A DNA stretch of 64,000 nt from positions 1,280,001-1,344,000 of the forward strand of contig CAVZDU010000001.1 of the NCBI GenBank assembly GCA_963774265.1. Reading direction: 5' to 3'. Below the pieces are notes generated by a model, which did no database searches, was not told where the DNA came from, and saw only the letters and a program-made list of their open reading frames with translations. Source of the DNA: an uncultured Chloroflexia bacterium. Lineage in GTDB: Bacteria > Chloroflexota > Anaerolineae > CG2-30-64-16. Of this stretch, positions 47,148 through 57,115 are shown in pieces; the first letter of the stretch is position 1; each line of letters begins with the position of its first letter. The position numbers and the translations under genes were made by a program.

Positions 47148-49790
47148 CTACCGCTGCTCCGTGAACCCGTCTGCCTGAGTGCCGCCCCCGCGCAATTGAT
47201 GATATACTGATAACGCTTCGATCAGTTCTTGCTGTCTGCTGCTCGCGCGACGCTGCTCATCTCGCAAGCGGAATCGATTGAGCTTCTGGAATACCGTAGC
47301 TTGCACATATTTCGGGTTTGGCACCATGTTGAAAGTAAACCCTTCGTCAGACGCCGCGGTGCTTATTACCACGTCACCGTAGTCGAAGATCGTCGCCCAG
47401 ATCCCATTTTGCTGGAACACTACGTTCTGAACCTTCTCCAGTCCGCCCTCACGGCGTTTCGCATTGAGTCCCAAAGGCTTCATCTCGATGTCAATAACGC
47501 GATCATCGGTGGCGATGTAGACATCGTTCCGGTAGTCGGTGAACTCCCACCAAAACCAGAACGCTGCAAACGCCATCAACACCGACCACCCGGCCAACAG
47601 GGGTATCGCGTCGAGCCAAGCAAAGTCGATTAATCCTGCGAGAAGCAGCACAGCGATCACCAACAGCGCAAAGGTCATGAGGAATGGGGCGCCGATCCGG
47701 CCCAGCGCGTTTAGCCAATGCTTGCGCCAGATCACCATGCCGGGCAACTCTTTGGCTGGGGTGACCGGAGGCGTGATGCCAAAAAGAACCCTACGCCAAC
47801 CTTCCGGCAGACTCGATGAATGTTGTGCTAACCAGGCTTTGGTGTTCGGCGGGGTCGGCAGGCGTTCCTGCCTGGGCGGCCGCGTGAAGAGCCTTTTGAA
47901 CCAAGGTGGCACGATCGACACCGTGGGAGGCTGCACGTCGCCAAGCGCCCGCTGGCGTTGCGGGATGGGCAACGCCAGTCGCAAGTCTTTAATCAGGCCT
48001 CGCCGCAATTCCTCCTTTTGCCGCCCGCGTTCTTGAGCCTGGGCTTCGGTTTTAGCGACTTCGAGCTCTTTTTGGACTCGATATGGATCGGGTGTGTTGT
48101 TCAACTTGATTGGCTCGGCCTTTGAAGCGGTGCGAACGGAGACATCCCCATAGTCGAAGATCCGCCCCCAGAAGTTAGTGTCGATCGTCACGTCCTGGAT
48201 CATTTCTACCGGGGCCTCTGCACGCGACTCAAACAACAGGAGCTGCCGGTCACGACGCGTTACACGGCGGTTGGTGACGACATAGTAGTCATCGTAGTAG
48301 TTGATCACCAACCCGATGGCCAGTGGAAGCAGGACGAAGGCGGCGATCAGCAGTAGGGCGATGCCCCCGGCCCCGTTCAGCCCGCCAGGCAGCACGGAGG
48401 CAAGGCCGGTCAATGCGAACAAAAGGAGCACCACAATGGACAGCGGCAAGATGAGCCAGAAGAGATGCGGACGGTCCTTCCATTTCACAACCTCACCCTC
48501 TTGCATCCACCCAAAAGCGGGCTTGAGTTCTTTGATTTGCTCGAGTTTCTGCGCCAGCTTGGCGTCTGACCAGATATCAGGCTTGTCTGCCAGGGCATAG
48601 CCAAAGTCGCGGCGATCCAGGGTCAGGATGTCTGCCCCCGCCAGGCCCGGTTGTCCGCGAACGCTTTCGCCGCGCACTGCGCGCACCGTCACATCGCGCG
48701 TCTTGCCCTGCAACAGCGAGGTTTTCCCAAAGGCCGTCTTGGGTTGGACGCGGCTGCGGGGCCGCTCCCGGCCGAAGTTGTCGAATGCCGTAATCAGTGC
48801 GCCGCCCTCCCGCACCATGACATAGGAGTGCCCGGCACTTCCCTGCGTCGTGATGTTCTGACTCTCGGGCACGAACTCCCATGCGGTGAACTGCGCCAGG
48901 TGATGTTTCTGCCGGGGGGACAGGTCTTTAAACAGCTCCGCCTCGTTGAGAGTCGCTACTATGTTCACCGGCTGCTGGACCAGGCTGCCAACATCCGGGA
49001 ACATCGTGATCAGGCGGTCTGCATGCTCAGCGGGAAGGTAGAACAAGTGCGTGGGCACGTGGGCCACGGCGGAATCGGCAGCGCAGTTCAGCCCAAAGCG
49101 CATCATCTTGCCCGGCTGGGACGCCAGCCCCGGATCGCCCTGGGACACGAAAAAGTTGCCCACGGTGATGCGCCACGCCTCCCATTCGACCGGGTAGGGA
49201 TTGATGGGGCCCTTGAGCGCTATCTGACCCTGGTCGACGATCCAGATGCCTGGCCGCTCGGGCAGTGCGAGCGCTTCGCCGCGGGCCAGATTAACCTCGT
49301 CCACCAGGTGCGCCAACCAACGCACCTGGTCGTCGGTGAGATCGCGGAACAGGGGGATGCGCCGCAGCCGTCCCGCGCGCGCCTCATGCAGCAAATCCTC
49401 GCGCAAAGTGGGCGCACGTTCCATCGCCTCGCGCAAGTCGGCTGCCCTCATCAGAAGCAATGTGGTCTGCTCGCCTCGCAGAGAGGCGCGCGCAGCGGCG
49501 CGATACATCTCGTCGAAGAGCGCCTGTTGTCCAAAAAACTGACCCGGTAGAAATTCTTGCTCGAACCATGTATCGCCACCCTCCGCCAGGCGCATCACCA
49601 CCCGGCCGGTGGCAACAATGAACAGATAGGTGGGGGGATCTCCTCGGTGAAAGACAAAGTCGCCGGGCGCATAGGTCTTCAATTCCAGGCGCGGCAGCAG
49701 GAACGTCCGGAAATCGGGCCATTTTTGCACCAGAGGCGAGTCTTTAAGAACTTGCCAGAACTGGGCGTCTTCTGCCTGCGTCAGAGTCAT
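47148..49790 (-). CDS. membrane protein with tandem cNMP-binding domains and two bacterial PH-like domains
   Basis: VFHRGD..GQFFGQQAL, IPLFRDL, ITTQG..AFGKTSLL; two repeats of a TM hairpin followed by D-x-Y-x-x-T-x-x-R..IFDYGDV. Confidence 0.75.
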   Translation of the reverse strand: MTLTQAEDAQFWQVLKDSPLVQKWPDFRTFLLPRLELKTYAPGDFVFHRGDPPTYLFIVATGRVVMRLAEGGDTWFEQEFLPGQFFGQQALFDEMYRAAARASLRGEQTTLLLMRAADLREAMERAPTLREDLLHEARAGRLRRIPLFRDLTDDQVRWLAHLVDEVNLARGEALALPERPGIWIVDQGQIALKGPINPYPVEWEAWRITVGNFFVSQGDPGLASQPGKMMRFGLNCAADSAVAHVPTHLFYLPAEHADRLITMFPDVGSLVQQPVNIVATLNEAELFKDLSPRQKHHLAQFTAWEFVPESQNITTQGSAGHSYVMVREGGALITAFDNFGRERPRSRVQPKTAFGKTSLLQGKTRDVTVRAVRGESVRGQPGLAGADILTLDRRDFGYALADKPDIWSDAKLAQKLEQIKELKPAFGWMQEGEVVKWKDRPHLFWLILPLSIVVLLLFALTGLASVLPGGLNGAGGIALLLIAAFVLLPLAIGLVINYYDDYYVVTNRRVTRRDRQLLLFESRAEAPVEMIQDVTIDTNFWGRIFDYGDVSVRTASKAEPIKLNNTPDPYRVQKELEVAKTEAQAQERGRQKEELRRGLIKDLRLALPIPQRQRALGDVQPPTVSIVPPWFKRLFTRPPRQERLPTPPNTKAWLAQHSSSLPEGWRRVLFGITPPVTPAKELPGMVIWRKHWLNALGRIGAPFLMTFALLVIAVLLLAGLIDFAWLDAIPLLAGWSVLMAFAAFWFWWEFTDYRNDVYIATDDRVIDIEMKPLGLNAKRREGGLEKVQNVVFQQNGIWATIFDYGDVVISTAASDEGFTFNMVPNPKYVQATVFQKLNRFRLRDEQRRASSRQQELIEALSVYHQLRGGGTQADGFTEQR

Positions 49791-49808
49791 GTCACAACCC
49801 TTCGCGGA

Positions 49809-51695
49809 CTAGAGTCCCTCACGGATCGCCTGTGCGGCTGCCAGGTTCATACCGGGCGCGGCTGCCAACTGTTCGAGCGATGCTTCGCGGATCGCCTCAA
49901 GAGAGCCGAAATGCTTGAGCAACGAGCGACGACGCGCCGGCCCAATGCCTGGGATGGCGTCCAACTCCGATGTAACCGATGCCTTGCTGCGCTGTTCACG
50001 ATGGGCGGTGATGGCGAACCGATGTGCCTCGTCGCGGATGCGCTGGATCAGGAACAGGCCCTGGGTCGCAGGCGGCAGCAGGATCGGATCCGACCGACCC
50101 GGGAGAAACAACTCCTCGCGCTGCTTGGCCAGACCTGCCACGGGCACGACTTCGGTCAGCCCGAACTCAGCCAAAACCTCGATAGCAACACCCAGTTGTC
50201 CCTTACCGCCGTCGACGATGAGCAGGTCGGGCAATAACCTCCACGCTGCATCCCACGGCCGTGCCTTGCCGCCAGGATCCTTGACAGCGTCTTCGACCGC
50301 CCGGCGAAAGCGACGGTGAAGCACCTCACGCATCGATGCGTAATCGTCCGGCTCGCCCTGGTTGCCACGACCCTTGACGTTGAACCGGCGGTAATTGCTT
50401 TTGAGCGGAGCTCCCTTTGCAAAGACCACCATGCTGCCTACGGTGTATGTGCCCTGCAGGGTGGAGATGTCGAAGCACTCGATCCGGCTCGGCGGTTCCT
50501 CCAACCCCAGCGCCTCCTGGACCTGGCTGAGGGCTTCCGTCTGCCGGTTCGTGTCGGCTTGCCATTGGGCCTGCAGCGATGCGAGCGTCGCGGCCGCGTT
50601 TTCACCGGCCATGTGCAGCAGTTCCTGCTTGGCTCCGCGCTTCGGCACGGTCAGCATCACCTTCTGCCCTCCCCGGCGGCTGCGCAGCCACTGTTCGATG
50701 ATCGTGCGCTCATCGAGATCCTTGGGCAAGAGGATGCTGGGTGGGACAAAGGCGGCTTCATCGTAGAACTGCTTGACGAAGGCCGAGATCAACTCGCCGT
50801 TTGCCTCTGGAGGCACGCCCTCAAGCACGAAGCTCTCGCGACCGATCAGCTTGCCGCGGCGGATAAAGAATACCTGGACGCATGCCTCGCCGGTGCGCTC
50901 ATCCTGGGCGAAGGCGATCACGTCTTCATCTTCTTGTTTACCGCTCACGACCTTCTGGCGCTCGACAATCTGGCGGGCGGCCCGGATCTGATCGCGCAAC
51001 TGTGCCGCTCGCTCAAACTGGAGGTTTTCAGCGGCCCTTTCCATCTGACCAGTCAACTGATCGAGCACGCGCTCACTGTCGCCCTCCAGGAACGCGCTCA
51101 GCCCGCCAACCATCTGGCGGTACCCATCCCGATCAACGGCGCCGATACACGGCCCCGCGCAGCGCTTTATATGGAAGTACAAACAGGGTTTTGGGTCTCT
51201 CCCCGTGATCTCGCGATTGCAGTCCAGGTACGGAAACACTCGGCGCAGCACGTCGAGCGTTTGGCGCACGGCATAGGCTGACGCAAACGGCCCGTAGTAA
51301 CGACCACCGTCGCGCTCCATGCGCCGCACGATGCTGACCTTCGGGAAATCCTCTTGCCAGTGAATTTTGATGTAGGGGTAGGTCTTGTCGTCGCGCAGCC
51401 GTACATTGAACCGGGGCCGGTAGCGCTTGATCAACTCGTTTTCAAGGATCAGCGCCTCGAGCTCAGTGTCTGTGACGATCCATTCGAGGTCGGTTATCTC
51501 AGTTACCAGCCGCCGTGTGCGCGGCTCATGGCGGGCTGCTTCGTGGAAATAGGAGCGAACCCGGTTGCGTAAGACCACCGCTTTGCCGACATAGATAACC
51601 TTGCCATCGGACGAACGGTAAATGTAGACGCCTGACCGTTCGGGCAGGGTGTCCAACTTTTGCGCGAGATCGGGGGCAAGGTGATGATTGTTCAC
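49809..51695 (-). CDS. uvrC: excinuclease ABC subunit C
   Basis: GVY..IYVGKA..RVRSYF, RIECFDIS, DDYASM, VDGGKGQL, RDEAHRFAI, HhH GIGP. Confidence 0.97.
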   Translation of the reverse strand: MNNHHLAPDLAQKLDTLPERSGVYIYRSSDGKVIYVGKAVVLRNRVRSYFHEAARHEPRTRRLVTEITDLEWIVTDTELEALILENELIKRYRPRFNVRLRDDKTYPYIKIHWQEDFPKVSIVRRMERDGGRYYGPFASAYAVRQTLDVLRRVFPYLDCNREITGRDPKPCLYFHIKRCAGPCIGAVDRDGYRQMVGGLSAFLEGDSERVLDQLTGQMERAAENLQFERAAQLRDQIRAARQIVERQKVVSGKQEDEDVIAFAQDERTGEACVQVFFIRRGKLIGRESFVLEGVPPEANGELISAFVKQFYDEAAFVPPSILLPKDLDERTIIEQWLRSRRGGQKVMLTVPKRGAKQELLHMAGENAAATLASLQAQWQADTNRQTEALSQVQEALGLEEPPSRIECFDISTLQGTYTVGSMVVFAKGAPLKSNYRRFNVKGRGNQGEPDDYASMREVLHRRFRRAVEDAVKDPGGKARPWDAAWRLLPDLLIVDGGKGQLGVAIEVLAEFGLTEVVPVAGLAKQREELFLPGRSDPILLPPATQGLFLIQRIRDEAHRFAITAHREQRSKASVTSELDAIPGIGPARRRSLLKHFGSLEAIREASLEQLAAAPGMNLAAAQAIREGL

Positions 51696-51702
51696 AACCG
51701 AT

Positions 51703-51710
51703 ATTATACA
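51703..51710 (-). promoter_or_regulatory. -10 box of a probably leaderless uvrC transcript
   Basis: TATAAT 7 nt before the GTG start; no SD. Confidence 0.55.
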
Positions 51711-51737
51711 CTAAAGGGGAAGAGAAACAAGCGTCTA

Positions 51738-53366
51738 TTAATAGGCGCCTTTGCCGCTGAAGACCGCCGGAAGGGTGCGCAAGATAATCTCCACATCACG
51801 TCCGACTGAATAGCGGTCGATGTACTGCAGCTCCAGCCGCAGCCGCTCATCGAACGGCAAATCACCCCGGCCGCTCACCTGCATTGGGCCCGTCATCCCC
51901 GGCTTCACTGCCAGCCGGCGGCGCTGGTCATCTGTGTACCGGGCCACGACTGCAGCCTCCTCGGGCCGCGGCCCTACCAGGCTCATCTCTCCAGCGAGCA
52001 CATTGAATAACTGGGGTAACTCGTCCAGGCTCCACCGCCGCAGGAACCTGCCGGCGCGGGTCACGCGCGGATCGTTGGGGATTTTGAAGGCGGGCGTGGT
52101 CAGCGCGTCCAGGTCGACTAATTCTGGCAGCACTGCTTCCGCATTACTCACCATCGTGCGAAATTTTAGGATGCGGAAGGGCGCCCCCTTCTGACCGATG
52201 CGAATCTGTCGAAAGAGCGCCGGGCCTGGAGAATCGATCCTGATGACCACGGCTATGATGGCCATGGGCAGTGCAAATAGTGCCAGGGTCGCCAGGGCGC
52301 CGACGAGATCGAGCATCCGTTTTGCCACGCGTTGCATGACGGAGAGAGCGGGCCGGGGCTCGGCAGCCCGGCGGCGGAAACGCACCAATCCGACAGCAAA
52401 GCCGACGCCGAGCGCCAAGGCGCGCACCCAAACCAGACCGATCGCTGCAGGCAGCGCAGAGAGATCACGGCGAGCAATTTTTGAAAGGAGGGGCAGGGCG
52501 GTAAGCTCGAAGGTGACGAACGACAGCAGTGCCGTCATTAGCCCAGGCCACCAGGCGCGGCGGATGACTGAACTTGCCACCGCAGTCACTATCAGAGCAG
52601 TGAGGCCAACGGCGGCCAGGAGCAATTGCGCCTTAAGCGACTCGGGTGTGTGTGAGTCATTGGCCACCTGGGTCGGGTGCTGCCGCGTCACCCGCACCTT
52701 CCACATGCCGATCCTGAACTTGCGCCGGATGTACTGGGCCAGCGTTTGGTTATGCTGATGGTAAACATGGGCTGCTGGCACAAAGACCAGCTTGTACCCT
52801 TTTTCCGCCAGGCGGAAGGAGAACTCCTGGTCTTCGTCGATGAGGAAACTGCTGTCAAAGCCACCATTGAGCAGGAAAATGTCGCGACGGTAAGCCGCGC
52901 TGTAAGTGTCGATGAAATCGATGCGCTCTGAACCCGCCATCCGGTCGTAACGGTCTTCGTACTCAAGTTGCGTAAAGCGGGCGACAAGATCGCGCTGCCT
53001 GGTGAGGTAGGCGCCCTTTGCGCCGGCAACTTCGCTATCCGTAAAGGGGGTGCTGAGCGCCTCGATCCAGCCGGGGATCGGCGCGCAATCGGCATCGGTG
53101 AAGAGCAGGAGCTCGCCGCGGCCGGCAGCTGCGCCGCGATTGCGCGCGGTCGCCGCGCCGGCATGAGGTTGGACGATGGTTGTGACGCCTGCTGCACGCG
53201 CTACGCCCGCCGTCTCGTCGGTCGAGCCATCATCGATGACGATGACTTCGTAGTCTTCGTGACGGATGGTTTGTTCGGAGAGGGCGGCCAGGCACGCAGG
53301 CAAAGTGTCAGCGGCCTGATATGCCGGCACGATCACCGAGAAGCGTGGCGTCTCAGGGTCGCTCAT
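51738..53366 (-). CDS. GT2 glycosyltransferase fused to a bacterial sugar transferase (phosphoglycosyl transferase) domain
   Basis: SVIVPAY, DDGSTD, FTDADC; KRMLD, KFRTM, DPRVT, SLDELPQL, MSLVGPRP, KPGMTG. Confidence 0.9.
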   Translation of the reverse strand: MSDPETPRFSVIVPAYQAADTLPACLAALSEQTIRHEDYEVIVIDDGSTDETAGVARAAGVTTIVQPHAGAATARNRGAAAGRGELLLFTDADCAPIPGWIEALSTPFTDSEVAGAKGAYLTRQRDLVARFTQLEYEDRYDRMAGSERIDFIDTYSAAYRRDIFLLNGGFDSSFLIDEDQEFSFRLAEKGYKLVFVPAAHVYHQHNQTLAQYIRRKFRIGMWKVRVTRQHPTQVANDSHTPESLKAQLLLAAVGLTALIVTAVASSVIRRAWWPGLMTALLSFVTFELTALPLLSKIARRDLSALPAAIGLVWVRALALGVGFAVGLVRFRRRAAEPRPALSVMQRVAKRMLDLVGALATLALFALPMAIIAVVIRIDSPGPALFRQIRIGQKGAPFRILKFRTMVSNAEAVLPELVDLDALTTPAFKIPNDPRVTRAGRFLRRWSLDELPQLFNVLAGEMSLVGPRPEEAAVVARYTDDQRRRLAVKPGMTGPMQVSGRGDLPFDERLRLELQYIDRYSVGRDVEIILRTLPAVFSGKGAY

Positions 53367-54435
53367 GGCCGGTATCCTGCGCCTGGGCATTCAGAGCCCG
53401 GTCATCGTCGCTGAGACCGGCTGCACGTCGTAGTGAGTGCAAGGTGATAGCCTCACCGAGCCGCCAGAGTCGATTCCACAACGCCACACTGCCCATAAGC
53501 ACCGGGGGTCCGACAAGGACGACGTTTAGCACCGTGCCAAGCGCAAGGCCGAGCGTCTGATTCACCCCAAACGCCGATAAGACAGCCACCGCCACGGCGC
53601 CCACCACGCCGATCATAGCCGGCGGAGTCGGCATCCAATTGCTGGTGGTGAGGGCAAGCATGAGCGCCAATCCAGCGCCCCATCCGAGTCGGAGGTCGAA
53701 CGCCAAGAGCATGATCTGGACTGTGAGCAGCGATAGCAACCATATGCCGGCAGTAAGCGCTGCCACGCGTCCGAGTTGTTTGCCTCGTAAAGACCCCATG
53801 CTCGTCAAGACTGCAATAATCCCGCGCCGGACCTTTCCCAGCCAGAGCGCCCATCGCTTGTTTGCTGGCTCGGGGATGCGAGCAAGCAGGTCCATTAAGA
53901 AACCCTGGAATCGCCCCACAGCAACCAGCATGAGGAAGACCGCACCGCCCAAGAGCAGCCCTCCAGTGCCAACGTGTGTCTGGAATGATGCGGGGGCGAG
54001 AACCAACGGCACGCCCAACAGGACAATCAGTCCCACGGCCAGGAGGTCAAGGGCTTTTTCAACCACGATCGTGCCAAAGGTGACGGCAACCTGTCGCCCT
54101 TCCTGGCGCATCAGTCCGAGGCGGGCCAGTTCACCCAGACGAACCGGCACCACCAGGTTGAGCATTTGGCTGATCATCAGGATGGCGAAGTGCGTTGACC
54201 AGGGGCGGGATGGGATAGCGCTTCCGTAAAGCCACTGCCAGCGCAGCGCTTTACTGACAGCAACTAGGAAGACGCAGGCCGTCGCAAGGAACACCAGGGG
54301 AAGTGAAAGAGTCGTGATCTCAGCGCCAAGCGCGGTCAGATTGGCGCCGCGCAACGACAACCACAGGCAGACCACGCCGACGAGCAGCGCTCCCGCCACT
54401 TGAAGGGAGGTGGTGCGCGTCCTTCCTTTGGTCAT
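53353..54435 (-). CDS. lysylphosphatidylglycerol synthase TM-domain / flippase-like membrane protein
   Basis: RWQWL, N-x-x-x-P-x-RLGELAR, VEKALD, PTPP-x-x-IG. Confidence 0.8.
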   Translation of the reverse strand: MTKGRTRTTSLQVAGALLVGVVCLWLSLRGANLTALGAEITTLSLPLVFLATACVFLVAVSKALRWQWLYGSAIPSRPWSTHFAILMISQMLNLVVPVRLGELARLGLMRQEGRQVAVTFGTIVVEKALDLLAVGLIVLLGVPLVLAPASFQTHVGTGGLLLGGAVFLMLVAVGRFQGFLMDLLARIPEPANKRWALWLGKVRRGIIAVLTSMGSLRGKQLGRVAALTAGIWLLSLLTVQIMLLAFDLRLGWGAGLALMLALTTSNWMPTPPAMIGVVGAVAVAVLSAFGVNQTLGLALGTVLNVVLVGPPVLMGSVALWNRLWRLGEAITLHSLRRAAGLSDDDRALNAQAQDTGHERP

Positions 54436-54437
54436 CG

Positions 54438-55004
54438 CTAAAGCAAGGTCTCCTCCCGCCCTCGTTGGCGACGGCGCACGAGGAACCAGGTGATCAGGAC
54501 AATCATCAGCAGCACCAACACCGCCGTGAGGGAGGGCAGCAGTACAGCGGTGAGTGCGGTCACACCAGACACAACATCTTCGGCAACACTGACCACGGGA
54601 TTACCGATTCCGGCAGTGGTCGCCGTGATCACCGGCCGCACACTCGCCTTCACTGCATGCACCCCGCCGGCGACCAGCAGCCCCAGGATCATTGCGAGGA
54701 CCGGGCTCATTTCGCTGATCACGTTTCCGCTGGCCGCGAAGAAGATCGCGCCGGCGGTGGGCCGGACAACCGTCTGGATCACGTCGTTGACCGAATCCAC
54801 AGCTGGGATCTTATCAGCCGCCATCTCGATGACGAGCAACACGCCCAGAACGCCGAGCACCCAGGGGTTCTCCAGGGTGTTCCACGGGGTGCTGAGCGTG
54901 ATAAGGTCCGTGAAGCGCGCCAACAGGCCGACGATCAACAGCGGCAGGTAGGCATTGAGACCTGTCGCGGCTGATAAGCCGAAGGCTGCAAGGACTTCGA
55001 TCAT
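54438..55004 (-). CDS. DUF4126-like membrane protein
   Basis: GLNAYLPLL, ADKIPAVDS, NPVVSVAED. Confidence 0.8.
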   Translation of the reverse strand: MIEVLAAFGLSAATGLNAYLPLLIVGLLARFTDLITLSTPWNTLENPWVLGVLGVLLVIEMAADKIPAVDSVNDVIQTVVRPTAGAIFFAASGNVISEMSPVLAMILGLLVAGGVHAVKASVRPVITATTAGIGNPVVSVAEDVVSGVTALTAVLLPSLTAVLVLLMIVLITWFLVRRRQRGREETLL

Positions 55005-55031
55005 CGTCGTACTCCCGACCCCTGATTGGCA

Positions 55032-55727
55032 TTATTCTACAGGCGTAACACTGTACTTTCCGATCTGGCCAAACAGGTGCGCCTGGACCAGGTATTGCCA
55101 GAGCATGGCGAACGGAACCGTGATCAAGACGCCGCATACGAGCGCCACGAGACCCAGGAGGGCCAGCACCGAGGCGACCGCACCGACGACGAGGAGCAGC
55201 AGGAGCGCGATGATCACGTTGCCGATATTGTCACGCGTGAACGCCCACATGCGGCCGAACTCAAACGCGGACGAGAAGCGGTCCGTTGCAGCGATACGCA
55301 CGTAGATCGCCGGCGTGAGCAGCGTGACGAACAGGGCCCACAGGAACAGCAGACACCCGCCGCACACCATGATCGTGATGCCGATTGCTTCGCTGCCAGT
55401 GCCCTGGTCGGTCATTGCGCCGCCGATGGCCAGTGGAATCGAAAGCAGAATCGCGGGCAGGGACCATACAAAGATCGCTGCACACAGCTTGAACCCACGG
55501 CTGAGGAAGCCTCCCCAGTCTTCCCACTCGGGGAGCGGGTGTTCGCGGCCAGCCATCACATTGCGAATGACATCCACAGTGTAGCCTAGCAACATGATGA
55601 GCGGGACGATCCCAATCAAAACCGGGCTTAGCAGAATGCCCACGAAGCCGACCATCGTCCCGATGCCCAACTTCTTGAGCCAGTCGGGATCCTCGAACAT
55701 GAACGTGAAGGCCTTGCCGAAATCCAT
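55032..55727 (-). CDS. DUF4013-like membrane protein
   Basis: AFTFMFEDPDW, LGY..LPEWEDWG; AAGGAGG RBS. Confidence 0.8.
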   Translation of the reverse strand: MDFGKAFTFMFEDPDWLKKLGIGTMVGFVGILLSPVLIGIVPLIMLLGYTVDVIRNVMAGREHPLPEWEDWGGFLSRGFKLCAAIFVWSLPAILLSIPLAIGGAMTDQGTGSEAIGITIMVCGGCLLFLWALFVTLLTPAIYVRIAATDRFSSAFEFGRMWAFTRDNIGNVIIALLLLLVVGAVASVLALLGLVALVCGVLITVPFAMLWQYLVQAHLFGQIGKYSVTPVE

Positions 55728-55874
55728 GATGTCCTCCTTGAAGAATGCATGGCCGTAGCTGACGGTCAATACCCATCAAAACGATAGCACTAAAACGTTC
55801 CTGTCGCGTGGCATGTGGCGGACGTCTGCCTGACCGTTGCGCGACAGCCGTATCATACCATAGCCCCGCCGATC

Positions 55875-56678
55875 CTAGAACGGCAGGCCGAAGCGCGCGG
55901 TTAACGCGTCGCGTCCAATTCCGATCAGGGTAATTTCGCCCAGTGCGAGGGCAAGCCCGATCAGAAGTGGGATGATGATCTCTCGCCCGTGTTCGGCGCG
56001 GCCTTCGCGGTGTATGCTGGCCAGATAGAACATGGCGTTCAGCAAACCCAACAAGGCCGGGATCATCACGCCGCTGAGCAACGCGAGGGGATATAGCAGC
56101 GCGTCCAGATCACTGCCGACCGTCGCGACGACCAGTCCGCCGCCTGCGAGCAGCCAGGCCAGGTCTCGCCAGTTCCCGATGCTGCGTTGAGGGTCGGGCC
56201 GGCGCCACAGCGTCATGTTCCATGCCGGCAGGAGCACCGCGGCAACTGCAATGCCTTCCAGCGTGCCGGTCAGAAGGCGCAGCCGGTTGCTCGGCTCGTA
56301 CAGGTGAGGCAAATCCATCAAGTTCAGGAAGGAGTTGATCCCATCGGCGGACCAGGCCAGCATGAAGACGGAGAGCATCAGGAGTTGTGGGCGCGCAGGG
56401 AACCGACCGGTCTTGGCGCGGCCACGAAGGGCAAGCACGGCCAATCCTGCGAACGCACCCAGGTACGTCCCACTACACCGCGCGCATAACGGAAGCTGCC
56501 TGCCGCCGATCACGAAGCTGTGGTCGGTGATGCGGTGACAGACCGCATAGGCCGCGCGATCTGCTTTATCCAGCAGGCCGTGTGGCCCGAACGACATGAG
56601 CAGGACAATTGCCACCAGGGCCAGACCGGCCAAGGCGGCGTCTATTCGCGGCGTGGAGCGTAAAGAGGGCGCGGTCAT
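55875..56678 (-). CDS. DUF2085-like membrane protein
   Basis: VCHR..HSF..QLPLCARCSGTY, DG..SN-x-LRLLTG. Confidence 0.8.
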   Translation of the reverse strand: MTAPSLRSTPRIDAALAGLALVAIVLLMSFGPHGLLDKADRAAYAVCHRITDHSFVIGGRQLPLCARCSGTYLGAFAGLAVLALRGRAKTGRFPARPQLLMLSVFMLAWSADGINSFLNLMDLPHLYEPSNRLRLLTGTLEGIAVAAVLLPAWNMTLWRRPDPQRSIGNWRDLAWLLAGGGLVVATVGSDLDALLYPLALLSGVMIPALLGLLNAMFYLASIHREGRAEHGREIIIPLLIGLALALGEITLIGIGRDALTARFGLPF

Positions 56679-56740
56679 ATGCAGGTATTATACCGCGTTA
56701 TTGTTTCACCTTTATTGCGCCGTTCGGAGCAAATTAAGAT

Positions 56741-56769
56741 TTGCGTTACGCCAGGAGACATGCTAGAAT
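56741..56769 (+). promoter_or_regulatory. candidate promoter for the sugar ABC ATPase
   Basis: TTGCGT-17 nt-TAGAAT with extended TG; same layout as 25992-26020. Confidence 0.55.
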
Positions 56770-57115
56770 CGATGCACCTGCCGTCCCGGTGAAACGCGGT
56801 CAGGCGTTTGTCTGGGCCGGAATTGTCTCCTGTCAGGAGCCTTGATTTTTCTTCTCATAGTGGAGGTGTATCAAGGAAACCGAACCCAATCCTCTCATTC
56901 ACCTATTGATCTGTCATGTAGCCACGGCAGAGCGGTCACGGCGTTAGCGCCCGAGATGCTCGCAACGACCCGGTCTTGGCCATTGGATGTGTGGAGGCTC
57001 GGCCTAGCCTTCCAATCGGGGACGACGATCACTCGACCGAACAGTTCTGTTTGCCCTGGCTGAGTCTGATATCGCTCAATCAATCTGTCACAAAGCACAA
57101 GGAGTAAACACACCC

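Noticed and set aside
48827-48840. agtgcccggcactt matching family B inside the cNMP gene
   Set aside because: Encodes QGSAGHSY at the normal position of the cNMP-domain motif with no length insertion; may be chance
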